Of a stretch of DNA of 64,000 bases, positions 34,421-42,754 are shown piece after piece. Position 1 is the first letter of the stretch, and every line of letters begins with the position of its first letter. Both the position numbers and the translations under genes were made by a program. The notes under the pieces were generated by a model. It worked only from the letters and a program-made list of their open reading frames with translations. It did not search any database and was not told where the DNA came from. This stretch comes from Parcubacteria group bacterium Gr01-1014_3 (GTDB taxonomy: Bacteria > Patescibacteriota > Minisyncoccia > UBA6257 > WO2-44-18): positions 21,802 to 85,801 of the forward strand of contig VMGF01000001.1 of assembly GCA_007376445.1 (NCBI GenBank). The letters are read 5' to 3'.

Positions 34421-34748
34421 ATATTCAGTATAACAAAAAGCGCCCGGATTAACCGAGGCGCCTTTTGTAAGATCAAGAGTCCAAAACTTTGTAGTTGCCC
34501 CATAATCCGCTGAATTTCTTCAGCTGATAATCGAGACTTAAGGCTCCTCGACTAAAACCTTTTGCCTTATTTGCATAAGGCTACCGACTAACTTACTAAC
34601 AAACCGAAGTTTGAAAGTTTTAATTTAAATGATCCACGCACAGCTTCCGCTACGCGTGCCTTGTTACGACTTAGCCCCTGTTACCGATCCTACCTTGATC
34701 CACCGAAGTGAACTTCAGGTATTACCAGCTTCCTTGACTTGACGGGCG

Positions 34749-35595
34749 AATATTTTCTCTAAAACTAGAGAATTGATGTTCCCACCGCACGGACGGTTTT
34801 CCCGTATACGGCGAGCTCAATGCATTTTTTGCTTTAGCTTATAAAGATCACGCAAACCGCTAGGAATAAGGTGTTCGCCTTTGCGGATCCTACGCATAAT
34901 CTCACAGAAAATTTGGAAATCGTACCTCTTTGAAGGAAATCGTAATCGATTTTCTTTGAAAAACGGTATAATTATTTCTGCCAAATCTGTTCTGTTAGCT
35001 ACTTCGAAACGATAGCAATGCTGATGATTTTCGCGATTGTCTTTTTGAAAGTAGACATTCCCGCATTTAAAGTATTCCTTTAAAGCATCCAGTATTACCT
35101 TATCCTTTTCGATAAGCTTTACGTAAAATCTAGGCTCTATCTTTACTCTTCTAGTTGTTCTGTTGATTTGATCAGGATTACGAACATAAGCAGTAAAACT
35201 GCCTTCGCCATCCACCAAACCAACGATGTAATCTTTAGTTAACATTGAGTGAGTGCCTTCATCCCGCTAATCGAGACTACTATGACTCAGCTGACTTCTG
35301 ACGCTGCGTCAGTTTTATGATACCTCGATATTGCTATCGAGAACAGCATCAGATCTCCACAGGTCACGTAAAATTCTCTTCTTAGCATCCTAGACAAGCC
35401 GTAGATAAAGTCTTCCCCGCCCTCACCACCCACTGGCAGGTCGACTGGCTTTGTTAATGTCTGGCTGTTATTTGCTTTCAGATCCTCCACCGAACACCTC
35501 GCGATGCTCGGCTATCTTTTAGCTACGTTCCGATGACGGACATCGGAAGAATGGATTTTAACCATTTAGAAAATTACGCTGCTGCGCGCTTTTAT
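34749..35595 (-). mobile_element. self-splicing-type intron (847 bp) in 16S rRNA near the helix-44 base (E. coli position about 1400), carrying a LAGLIDADG homing endonuclease ORF
   Basis: conserved CCTGTACTCAC | ... | CGCCCGTCA junction is split by non-rRNA sequence containing ORF 34817-35245. Confidence 0.7.
34817..35245 (-). CDS. LAGLIDADG homing endonuclease (intron-encoded)
   Basis: YIVGLVDGEGSF dodecapeptide motif, size 142 aa, located inside 16S intron. Confidence 0.8.
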   Translation of the reverse strand: MLTKDYIVGLVDGEGSFTAYVRNPDQINRTTRRVKIEPRFYVKLIEKDKVILDALKEYFKCGNVYFQKDNRENHQHCYRFEVANRTDLAEIIIPFFKENRLRFPSKRYDFQIFCEIMRRIRKGEHLIPSGLRDLYKLKQKMH

Positions 35596-35912
35596 TGTGA
35601 GTACAGGACTCGAGAACGTATTCACCGTGGTATAGCTGACCCACGATTACTAGCGATTCCAGCTTCATGAGGGCGAGTTGCAGCCCTCAATCTGAACTGA
35701 GGCCATTTTTGATGGGATTAGCTCCGCCTTGCGGCTTGGCAACCCTTTGTAATGGCCATTGTAGCACGAGTGTGGCCCAGGGCATCAGAGGGCCATGCGG
35801 ATTTGACGTCATCCCCGCCTTCCTCCGTGTTAAACACGGCAGTCTCCCGCGACATATAAAACGCAGGATAGGGGTTGCGCTCGTTAACCCACTTAAGGGA
35901 ACGCTTCAAAGT

Positions 35913-35944
<32 letters not shown>

Positions 35945-36067
35945 TCACGTCCTTGAGAGACGACGCACCTTTCGGCGCGTCTTCGTGACCATTTCAAGCC
36001 CTGGTAAGGTTCTTCGTTTATTGTCGAATTAAACCTCATGCTCCACCGCTTGTGCGAGTCCCCGTCT

Positions 36068-36099
<32 letters not shown>

Positions 36100-36609
36100 T
36101 CCCAGGCGGTCAACTTAACGCGTTAGCTACGCCACTCCGAGGGTCGATACTCGAAACAGCAAGTTGACATAGTTTAGGGCGTGGACTACAAGGGTATCTA
36201 ATCCTTTTTGCTCCCCACGCTTTCGTGCAATGAGAGTCAGGAGTGCTCCAGTTAAATGCCTTCGCCTTTGGTATTCCTCACAATATCAACGGATTTCACC
36301 CCTACACCGTGAGTTCTATTAACCTCTAGCACCCTCTAGTCAGGCCGTATCTTCTGCGAGCTTCCCGTTGAGCGGGAAGATTTTACAAAAGACGCACCCG
36401 ACCTCCTGCGCACGCTTTACGCCCAATAAATCCGGATAACGCTCGTGGCCTTCGTATTACCGCGGCTGCTGGCACGAAGTTTGCAGCCACTTATTCCATG
36501 GGTACAATCAATAACTTTTTCCCCATTAAAAGCAGTTTACGATCCGAAGACCTTCATCCTGCACGCGGCGTCGCTCGATCAGACTTTCGTCCATTGTCGA
36601 ATATTCTCG

Positions 36610-36652
<43 letters not shown>

Positions 36653-37419
36653 CGTTGGGGATCAGCCTCTCAGCCCCCCTACCGGTCATAGCCTTGGTGA
36701 GCCATTACCTCACCAACTAGCTGATCGGACCTAGGCCGCTCCCGAAGTGACTTGCGTCTTTCGTCTTTCGACAATATCGGACATTAGTCTATCTTTCGAT
36801 AGATTATTTCCGTCTTCGGGGTGCGTACCAAGGTGTTACTAACCCGTTCGCCACTATACTTTTATCTCTCTTGACTTGATATAATCTCATCTTAATTAAC
36901 AAAAGTACCGTTCGACTTGCATGCCTTATCCACGCCGCCAGCGTTCATCCTGGACCAGGATCAAATCCTCAAAAAAAATTACCGAACATTGAATTTATTT
37001 TAGTAAATTCACCATTCGCTAACTGTTGGGACAACTACAAAATTCTTGACTAAATTTTGACTCGATCTTGATTTTTAATTCTTGGTTGTGTATACAACAC
37101 ACTGCAATTTTCGAAGTTCAGTCGGCTGCGCTTTTTTAATAACGCATCCGGCCCGCTCTCCCTGAATCCCAGAGGGAACCGGCCGGATGAATTAAAACCT
37201 TTATTCACTTGTCGCCTATCTGTGAAAAGAAGTATATATGAAAGCGCTGTTTCGTGTCAACTGTCACAAAACAGCGAATTTTCAATTCTCAATTTTGCAA
37301 TTTTTGTCCCTTCGGGACATCTCCTGTAGGAAGACAATTAATTTACAATGAATTAATGTCCAAACAGTTTGATAATTTTATTTTAAGCATTGAATGAAAA
37401 TTGGTATTTGGAAATTGAA

Positions 37420-37458
37420 AAATTAAGCCCCGCTTTGCCTTAAGGCAAAGCGGGGCTG
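37420..37458 (-). terminator. terminator after lipoprotein gene
   Basis: agccccgctttgccttaaggcaaagcggggct, T-rich tract on minus strand. Confidence 0.65.
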
Positions 37459-37462
37459 GAAA

Positions 37463-38086
37463 TTACTCCTTCTTGTTCATGTCCCGGATCTTCTCCGCGA
37501 GGTCCTTCACGGTGTCAGCCACTCCGGCGAACTTCTCGAAGAGCTCCAAAAGACCCTGGGCAAAGGCGCCTTCGGACTGCTTGGAGTCGATCTTCACATA
37601 CTCATAATCGCAGTACACGAGCATGTCGTTCTTGAACATGAACAGGATCAAGAGGTCGTCGCCGTTTTGCGCTGTCTCCTTCGTGCTGAAGTAGAAGCGA
37701 TCTACGTATGTGTTCACGTCCTTGTAGGGAATGAAGATCGCGTGATACTGGTTCATGTCCCGGAGCAGGGCATCCACCTTGCTCTTGTCTTCCTCGCCCG
37801 TCTTGGTCACCTCGGCCAGCGCGCCCTGGAAAACGCCTTCTCCAAAGATCCTCCGGAAAGCCGTCCGCCCGGACAAACGCCGCACGTTCGCTGACTTGAA
37901 GTTCCAACCCGCCGACTCGAGATCCTTCGTCGCGACGCTGCCCTTGGGCTTCTTTTCGATCTCCTCGTAGGCCTTGGAGATCTTCTCGAGATCATTCTCG
38001 AAAAGACCGGTCTTCACCACGTCCGTCTTCGTGATCGTGCACCCGATTCCTAGCGGAATTAACATCGCGAAAACCAGTAGCCTCAT
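37463..38086 (-). CDS. lipoprotein, hypothetical (GC-rich gene)
   Basis: signal peptide with lipobox LGIGC; strong hairpin terminator after stop; many spurious overlapping ORFs reflect high GC. Confidence 0.55.
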   Translation of the reverse strand: MRLLVFAMLIPLGIGCTITKTDVVKTGLFENDLEKISKAYEEIEKKPKGSVATKDLESAGWNFKSANVRRLSGRTAFRRIFGEGVFQGALAEVTKTGEEDKSKVDALLRDMNQYHAIFIPYKDVNTYVDRFYFSTKETAQNGDDLLILFMFKNDMLVYCDYEYVKIDSKQSEGAFAQGLLELFEKFAGVADTVKDLAEKIRDMNKKE

Positions 38087-38169
38087 ACGTTTCTCCTATT
38101 ATTTCGTGACAGGAACAGTCAAAGAACTTGACTTACATACTACTCTATTTCAAAGTATTTGTCAAATGG

Positions 38170-38265
38170 GAAATTTTAAGTTTTAAATTATAAATTTTAA
38201 TTTAATTATTTAATTTCAAAATTTAAAATTAATTTATAATTAAAAATTTAGAATTTAAAATTATC
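38170..38265. repeat. AT-rich repeat island (upstream of lipoprotein gene / rpmE)
   Basis: gaaattttaagttttaaattataaattttaatttaatt... Confidence 0.65.
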
Positions 38266-38429
38266 AAATACCTCTTGCTTTTTCGTAATTTCTCGTATAT
38301 AATGTGTATTAAGTTTATGAAGCAAGACATTCACCTCCCGATTTCTTAATTCTTAAAATTAAGAAATCGAGGATCCTCGATTTTGTAGACAAATCAAAGA
38401 TTTGTACAAAATCGGGACAAAATACCTTT

Positions 38430-38696
38430 ATGAAACAAGATATACATCCAAAATACTATCCGGACGCGAAGGTAAAATGCGTCTGCGGCAATTCTTTCAC
38501 GGTTGGTTCCACCAAGCCGGAAATTAACGTTGAAATTTGCTACAACTGCCACCCGTTTTATACCGGCAAAGAAAACCTTATCGATACCGCCGGTAAAGTT
38601 GAGCGCTTCCGCGCCCGCCGCGCGAAGGCCGCCGAAGCCCCGAAGGTAACCAAGAAACCGAGAGCAAAGAAACAGGCAAAAAATAAGATAAAATAG
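38430..38696 (+). CDS. rpmE: 50S ribosomal protein L31
   Basis: [10 protein letters not shown]...CxCG...[11 protein letters not shown] zinc-ribbon L31 signature. Confidence 0.9.
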   Translation: MKQDIHPKYYPDAKVKCVCGNSFTVGSTKPEINVEICYNCHPFYTGKENLIDTAGKVERFRARRAKAAEAPKVTKKPRAKKQAKNKIK

Positions 38697-38726
38697 CTCC
38701 GGACAACCACTTTTCGGAAACAGAAT

Positions 38727-38753
38727 AAAACGGCTCCTGCGGCCGTTTTTTCT
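38727..38753 (+). terminator. terminator after rpmE
   Basis: aaaacggctcctgcggccgtttttt. Confidence 0.65.
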
Positions 38754-38883
38754 TCGCCCTCAGCACGCCGCTCCGACTTATGTCGGAGACCGATTTTAGG
38801 AAGACTAGCCGGCGTGCCTCCGGGATGTTCCGAAAAATTAGTTGTCCTCCGCCCTGTTATTTGGTAAATTGATAGCGTTAAAT

Positions 38884-39618
38884 ATGGAAAAAACTTTCGA
38901 CAAAATCTATCTCGAAGTAAGGGCCGGAACCGGTGGCGATGAAGCTTCGATCTTCGCCGGTGATCTGGTCCATATGTATCAAAAATATGCCGTCAAACAA
39001 GGCTGGCGTTTTAGTATTTCCGATTCCTCCCCTGGCACGATCGGCGGCTACAAGACTTTCATCGGCCGCGTGGATGGCAAGGGTTGCTATGAAGCTTATA
39101 AAAATGAATCCGGCACCCATCGCGTTCAGCGAGTCCCTGCCACGGAAAAGTCCGGTCGGGTACACACTTCCACCGCCACGGTAGCGATTCTCCCGGTCGT
39201 CGAACCAAAAGAAGTTAATTTAAATCCGAGCGATCTCGAGGTTACCTTTTCCCGCGCCGGTGGCCCGGGCGGTCAGAACGTGAACAAGATCGAATCCGCA
39301 GTCCGTATTTTACATAAACCAAGCGGAATCGTGGTTTCTTGCCGTGAAGAACGAGATCAGCGCTCCAACCGCGAACGCGCTATGGAAATGCTTTTGGCTA
39401 AACTCTATGAAATGCAACGCGCCAAAGAATTTGGCGACGTCACCGAAGCCCGCCGCGCTCAAGTTGGCACCGCCGACCGCTCTGAAAAGATCCGCACCTA
39501 CAACTTCCCAGATGATCGCATCACCGACCATCGCTTTGGCGTTAAAATCCACAACGTGGAAGAAGTTTTGAATGGCAACTTTGACGCAATTCTTAAAAAG
39601 ATAAATAAGCAGCCATAA
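38884..39618 (+). CDS. prfA: peptide chain release factor 1, lacking N-terminal domain 1
   Basis: GGQ motif (AGGPGGQNVNK), RF1 codon-recognition tripeptide PAT in RVQRVPATEKSGRVHTS; protein begins at position equivalent to E. coli RF1 residue about 110. Confidence 0.8.
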   Translation: MEKTFDKIYLEVRAGTGGDEASIFAGDLVHMYQKYAVKQGWRFSISDSSPGTIGGYKTFIGRVDGKGCYEAYKNESGTHRVQRVPATEKSGRVHTSTATVAILPVVEPKEVNLNPSDLEVTFSRAGGPGGQNVNKIESAVRILHKPSGIVVSCREERDQRSNRERAMEMLLAKLYEMQRAKEFGDVTEARRAQVGTADRSEKIRTYNFPDDRITDHRFGVKIHNVEEVLNGNFDAILKKINKQP

Positions 39619-39624
39619 AGTTTA

Positions 39625-39690
39625 CCCTGAGCCCGCCGAAGGGTCATTGCGAGCCAACATTCCAACATTCTTGAGAATGTTGGAATGTTG
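39625..39690. repeat. compound repeat after prfA: GC 20-mer CCCTGAGCCCGCCGAAGGGT followed by perfect 36-bp palindrome
   Basis: CAACATTCCAACATTC-TTGA-GAATGTTGGAATGTTG at 39655-39690; 20-mer also at 12471-12490, 54811-54830, variant 58633-58653. Confidence 0.6.
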
Positions 39691-39751
39691 TGCGTGGCAA
39701 TCTTACATTTTTGCAAATAAAAAAACCCGAATCTTATGATTAGGGTTTTTG

Positions 39752-39994
39752 TTAGTGAGGTTTACCGCAATTCTCGCATTTTGGAATAAATACGGATTTT
39801 GATTTTGAGATCTTTTTTTCTTTTAGTGTAACCAATCCGTCTCCAATCAATCCCCAAATAATACTTCTCACATTATAAGACTCAAATCTGTTCTGTATCC
39901 GATCAACCAATTCTTGAGCATCTTTTGATCTTTCAGCGCTTTGAAGTTCCGTAAGAATCGTACAAATAACTTGGCAAAGCTTAGTCGGCCTCAT
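39752..39994 (-). CDS. hypothetical small protein (C-terminal CxxC)
   Basis: ORF in island; CENCGKPH tail. Confidence 0.4.
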   Translation of the reverse strand: MRPTKLCQVICTILTELQSAERSKDAQELVDRIQNRFESYNVRSIIWGLIGDGLVTLKEKKISKSKSVFIPKCENCGKPH

Positions 39995-40233
39995 CGCGCG
40001 CCTCCTTTTCTGCTCATACCGAGGTGCTTTCTCAAAACATCGCGCAGTTGTACTTGCTGTTCTTTCGTGAGCCGCAATGAGCCATCACCAGGCAAAATCG
40101 TGAAAACATACCGATCCTTATTCGGAAGCAGGTCAGAAATGGAAAACCCATATTTCTTGAGATCACGATTGATCGCCCGCTCCTTCTTCTTCAGCTGTTT
40201 CCTCAACTCTTTCGTAATCAGAACAATACCCAT
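39991..40233 (-). CDS. hypothetical small basic protein
   Basis: GGAGG SD before ATG 40233. Confidence 0.45.
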   Translation of the reverse strand: MGIVLITKELRKQLKKKERAINRDLKKYGFSISDLLPNKDRYVFTILPGDGSLRLTKEQQVQLRDVLRKHLGMSRKGGAR

Positions 40234-40290
40234 ATTCTTTCCTCCATTCAACGAACCGCCTACAAAGTAACAGTTTCAACACAAAATCAC

Positions 40291-40362
40291 AAGTACTATC
40301 ACGCGTGATAGTGCCCACCGCTTTCCCCATAGGAAAGTACTTTCCTATGGGGAAAGCGGTGG
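40291..40362. promoter_or_regulatory. palindromic operator cluster P2
   Basis: CTATCACGCGTGATAG plus 45-nt palindrome CACCGCTTTCCCCATAGGAAAGTACTTTCCTATGGGGAAAGCGGTG. Confidence 0.5.
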
Positions 40363-40403
40363 TGATAAAAATCGGCAAATAAAAAACGACGATCTTATCG
40401 TCG

Positions 40404-40655
40404 TTATCTCGATATCTCTTCGTAAGCTTTACGCAATGCCACTACTCCTGGGCATTTCTTGGTCGGGCACTTTATATTCCAGACTGACACCTTGCACTCA
40501 TCGTCAGCACGCGGGCCATACTCTATGATTTGTCCGGACTTAACCATTTTTTCGTCCGCTTTATCAAGAATAAAGTAACAGCCACAATCATGACATTTGA
40601 GCTTTTTCCCAATCCAAGATGGCGATCTTACTTTACCCTTCTTAATAATACGCAT
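40404..40655 (-). CDS. zinc-ribbon small protein
   Basis: CHDCGC...CPTKKCPG; start set at MRIIKK downstream of palindromic operator cluster. Confidence 0.45.
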   Translation of the reverse strand: MRIIKKGKVRSPSWIGKKLKCHDCGCYFILDKADEKMVKSGQIIEYGPRADDECKVSVWNIKCPTKKCPGVVALRKAYEEISR

Positions 40656-40708
40656 CTGAAATCCTTTCAAGGTACGACCACACTCTACAATAAAAAGGCT
40701 TATTTCGC

Positions 40709-40789
40709 AAGTACTATCACGCGTGATAGTACTATCCCATGTGATAGTGGCGAATATTCCATTATCCAGCCATGGCTGGATAATGGAAT
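40709..40789. promoter_or_regulatory. palindromic operator cluster P3
   Basis: CTATCACGCGTGATAG, CTATCCCATGTGATAG, TTCCATTATCCAGCCATGGCTGGATAATGGAA. Confidence 0.5.
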
Positions 40790-40801
40790 AAAACAAGCGA
40801 C

Positions 40802-41047
40802 CTATTTGGTCGCTTGGCGTAGTTGCTTGATCAGAGTATCGAACACCGCTTTCCGCATAAAATAATGAGGAGCGTGACTGCCACTCTTCCAGCGATCAAC
40901 GGTTGGCAGAGAACAACCAAATTCGCGAGCTATATCTCTTTGGGTTAAAAATCCATTATCAATAGTCATCGCGATAATCTCCTGAAAATCTTTATCGCTT
41001 TTGGTTGAGGCATTCTCGATCTTGGCGATTAGTTCTTCTCTGGTCAC
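40802..41047 (-). CDS. helix-turn-helix DNA-binding protein
   Basis: LTQRDIAREFGCSLPTVDRWKSG HTH. Confidence 0.55.
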   Translation of the reverse strand: MTREELIAKIENASTKSDKDFQEIIAMTIDNGFLTQRDIAREFGCSLPTVDRWKSGSHAPHYFMRKAVFDTLIKQLRQATK

Positions 41048-41322
41048 TTTTTACCTCGCTTCTTTTCCTGGCAGCACGGAAACTCCTTGCAATGAATATG
41101 AATTGGATTCCCACAGCCAGGACAATGAAGATAGTGTCCGTATGGGGCTCCGCCATAGCGTCCAATCGGATCGGCGATGGTTAACTTCAGCTGACATTCG
41201 CACAGGAGGCACACGACTTTATCGCCTTCCCAGCAACAGCAGGTTGTTTTGTTTTTCTTCTGACGAATCTTCTTTTCCGCTTCTTCGATAATCAGCGGCC
41301 TTCCGACTTTTAGAATCTTCAT
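41044..41322 (-). CDS. Cys-rich small protein (about 15 Cys in 92 aa)
   Basis: AGGAGG SD before ATG 41322; CCCWEGDKVVCLLCEC...CPGCGNPIHIHCKEFPCC. Confidence 0.45.
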   Translation of the reverse strand: MKILKVGRPLIIEEAEKKIRQKKNKTTCCCWEGDKVVCLLCECQLKLTIADPIGRYGGAPYGHYLHCPGCGNPIHIHCKEFPCCQEKKRGKK

Positions 41323-41332
41323 TTGACCTCCT

Positions 41333-41533
41333 TTAGGCAACCCCGAACTCGATTCGATGGCTACATGCTTTGCAGTTGAAGACGTACTTTCTTTTACTGC
41401 CGAGCCATCTTGCGCCCTTACGAACATCGTCTCCAGCTTTCAAGACATGGATTGTTTTACAGTCCTGTCTATCGCACTGAACCTGTAATCCAACCCACGG
41501 CTTCGGACTCTCATTCTTCGCATCCAGTGGCAT
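41333..41533 (-). CDS. zinc-ribbon small protein
   Basis: GGGAGG SD; CDRQDC...CKAC; preceded by conserved 60-nt double-hairpin leader. Confidence 0.5.
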   Translation of the reverse strand: MPLDAKNESPKPWVGLQVQCDRQDCKTIHVLKAGDDVRKGARWLGSKRKYVFNCKACSHRIEFGVA

Positions 41534-41550
41534 AACGCCTCCCTTTCAAA

Positions 41551-41611
41551 CCAGCGCACATAACAATTTATGTGCGCGGCCGAGCATATAAAAGGAATTC
41601 TTATGTGCTCG
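41551..41611 (-). ncRNA. conserved 60-nt double-hairpin leader element, copy 2
   Basis: see copy 1; directly upstream of GGGAGG SD of zinc-ribbon gene 41333-41533. Confidence 0.45.
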
Positions 41612-41648
41612 GGTACCGCCAGAATAGTACAACAAAACTAACTATGCC

Positions 41649-41755
41649 GCAACTGCTTTCCTATAGGAAAGCAGTTGCTATCCAGCTGGATAGCACTATC
41701 GCGCGTGATAGCATCTTCGCTTTCCTGAGGGAAAGTACTTTCCCTCAGGAAAGCG
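41649..41755. promoter_or_regulatory. palindromic operator cluster P4
   Basis: GCAACTGCTTTCCTATAGGAAAGCAGTTGC, CTATCCAGCTGGATAG, CTATCGCGCGTGATAG, CGCTTTCCTGAGGGAAAGTACTTTCCCTCAGGAAAGCG. Confidence 0.5.
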
Positions 41756-41841
41756 AAGAGCCGTGAATAAAAAAATCCCACACATAAATTATGTATGGGA
41801 CACCGGCGCAAGCTTGCCCGCCTAGGGTGGGTTAATGCGCC

Positions 41842-42153
41842 TTATCGAGCCGATCCTTTCAACTTAGAGACTGTCGGCCTCTCGTAGGATTCGGTCAGAA
41901 CGCCGAGATCCCACTTGAAGCCGAGGGCCGTCGCAAGCCGGACCATCATCTTGATGGTGATTGGAAACTCGCCATCCAGCAGTTGGGAAAGATATTCAGA
42001 TGGAATACCAACCCGCTTCGCCAACTCATCCTTGGAAATACCCCGGGCGTCGATCGCGTCATAAACCTTACTCGAGATAGCCACATGAAGTCGACTGGCC
42101 TCGCCCTGAACCTCGCGCTCAATATTCTTCCGCTTTTTCAAGATCTCATTCAT
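41842..42153 (-). CDS. XRE-family HTH transcriptional regulator
   Basis: ISKDELAKRVGIPSEYLSQLLDGE HTH_3 pattern. Confidence 0.7.
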   Translation of the reverse strand: MNEILKKRKNIEREVQGEASRLHVAISSKVYDAIDARGISKDELAKRVGIPSEYLSQLLDGEFPITIKMMVRLATALGFKWDLGVLTESYERPTVSKLKGSAR

Positions 42154-42359
42154 TTGCCCACCTCCTTACGACGCACATGCGTGCTTCGGCCACAGCTCGG
42201 ACACTGCGCCGGATTCCGGCGGAAGATCCTGGTCGTTTCAAGTCCCTCCTGTTCAATCGTAACCGATTCAACGCGCTCAACCTTGAAACTCCGTCCGCAG
42301 TTTTGGCAGTCATATTCCTCTTCGTTCTTCGGTGCCGGCTCAAGCGGTGGAAGGGTCAT
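42150..42359 (-). CDS. zinc-ribbon small protein
   Basis: CQNCG...CPSCG; translationally coupled to XRE gene. Confidence 0.5.
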   Translation of the reverse strand: MTLPPLEPAPKNEEEYDCQNCGRSFKVERVESVTIEQEGLETTRIFRRNPAQCPSCGRSTHVRRKEVGK

Positions 42360-42418
42360 TAGCTGAACTCCTTAAAGTGCTAGCCAGATAGTACAATAAA
42401 AGATTGTACTTGGCAAGC

Positions 42419-42588
42419 TTACCCACGCACTAATTTTGCTTATTCAATATTTAAATTTTCTATCTTTAAGTCTTATCTAAATCAAAACAGCGATACGCTA
42501 GGGATCACGGCTATTCGCCGCCCGCGTATCGCTGTTCATATATCTGCAAAATTAGTGCGGGGTTATCGTTTTGTTGCTAAAATTTCGG
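42419..42588. mobile_element. MITE-like 170-bp element with 17-bp terminal inverted repeats, copy 1
   Basis: TIR CCCACGCACTAATTTTGC ... GCAAAATTAGTGCGGGG; internal palindrome ACAGCGATACGC...GCGTATCGCTGT; about 90% identical to 52441-52611. Confidence 0.55.
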
Positions 42589-42754
42589 TCGAAACCAACT
42601 CCTTCGTCGGAACGTCTCGGAGGCGGTTTTGCTTGGTTCAAAAACCGCCGAGAGAGAAGAAAAGTTTGCCGCTGGAGCAAACTTATTCTGGTTCCGAAAA
42701 GGAGTTGGTTGAGGGTACCGAAATTTTAGACAAAACTGATAAAAAATGGCCCGC

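Noticed and set aside
34440-34625. Looked for tRNA, 23S rRNA or anti-SD-containing exon downstream of 16S
   Set aside because: No cloverleaf-compatible sequence or GTTCGA T-loop and no 23S 5' motifs. The only tRNA found in the window is tRNA-Ala at 21391-21461.
37602-37995. Four overlapping ORFs on both strands inside the lipoprotein gene
   Set aside because: They are a product of high local GC, which gives few stop codons. The minus-strand ORF with signal peptide, lipobox and terminator is the coherent gene.
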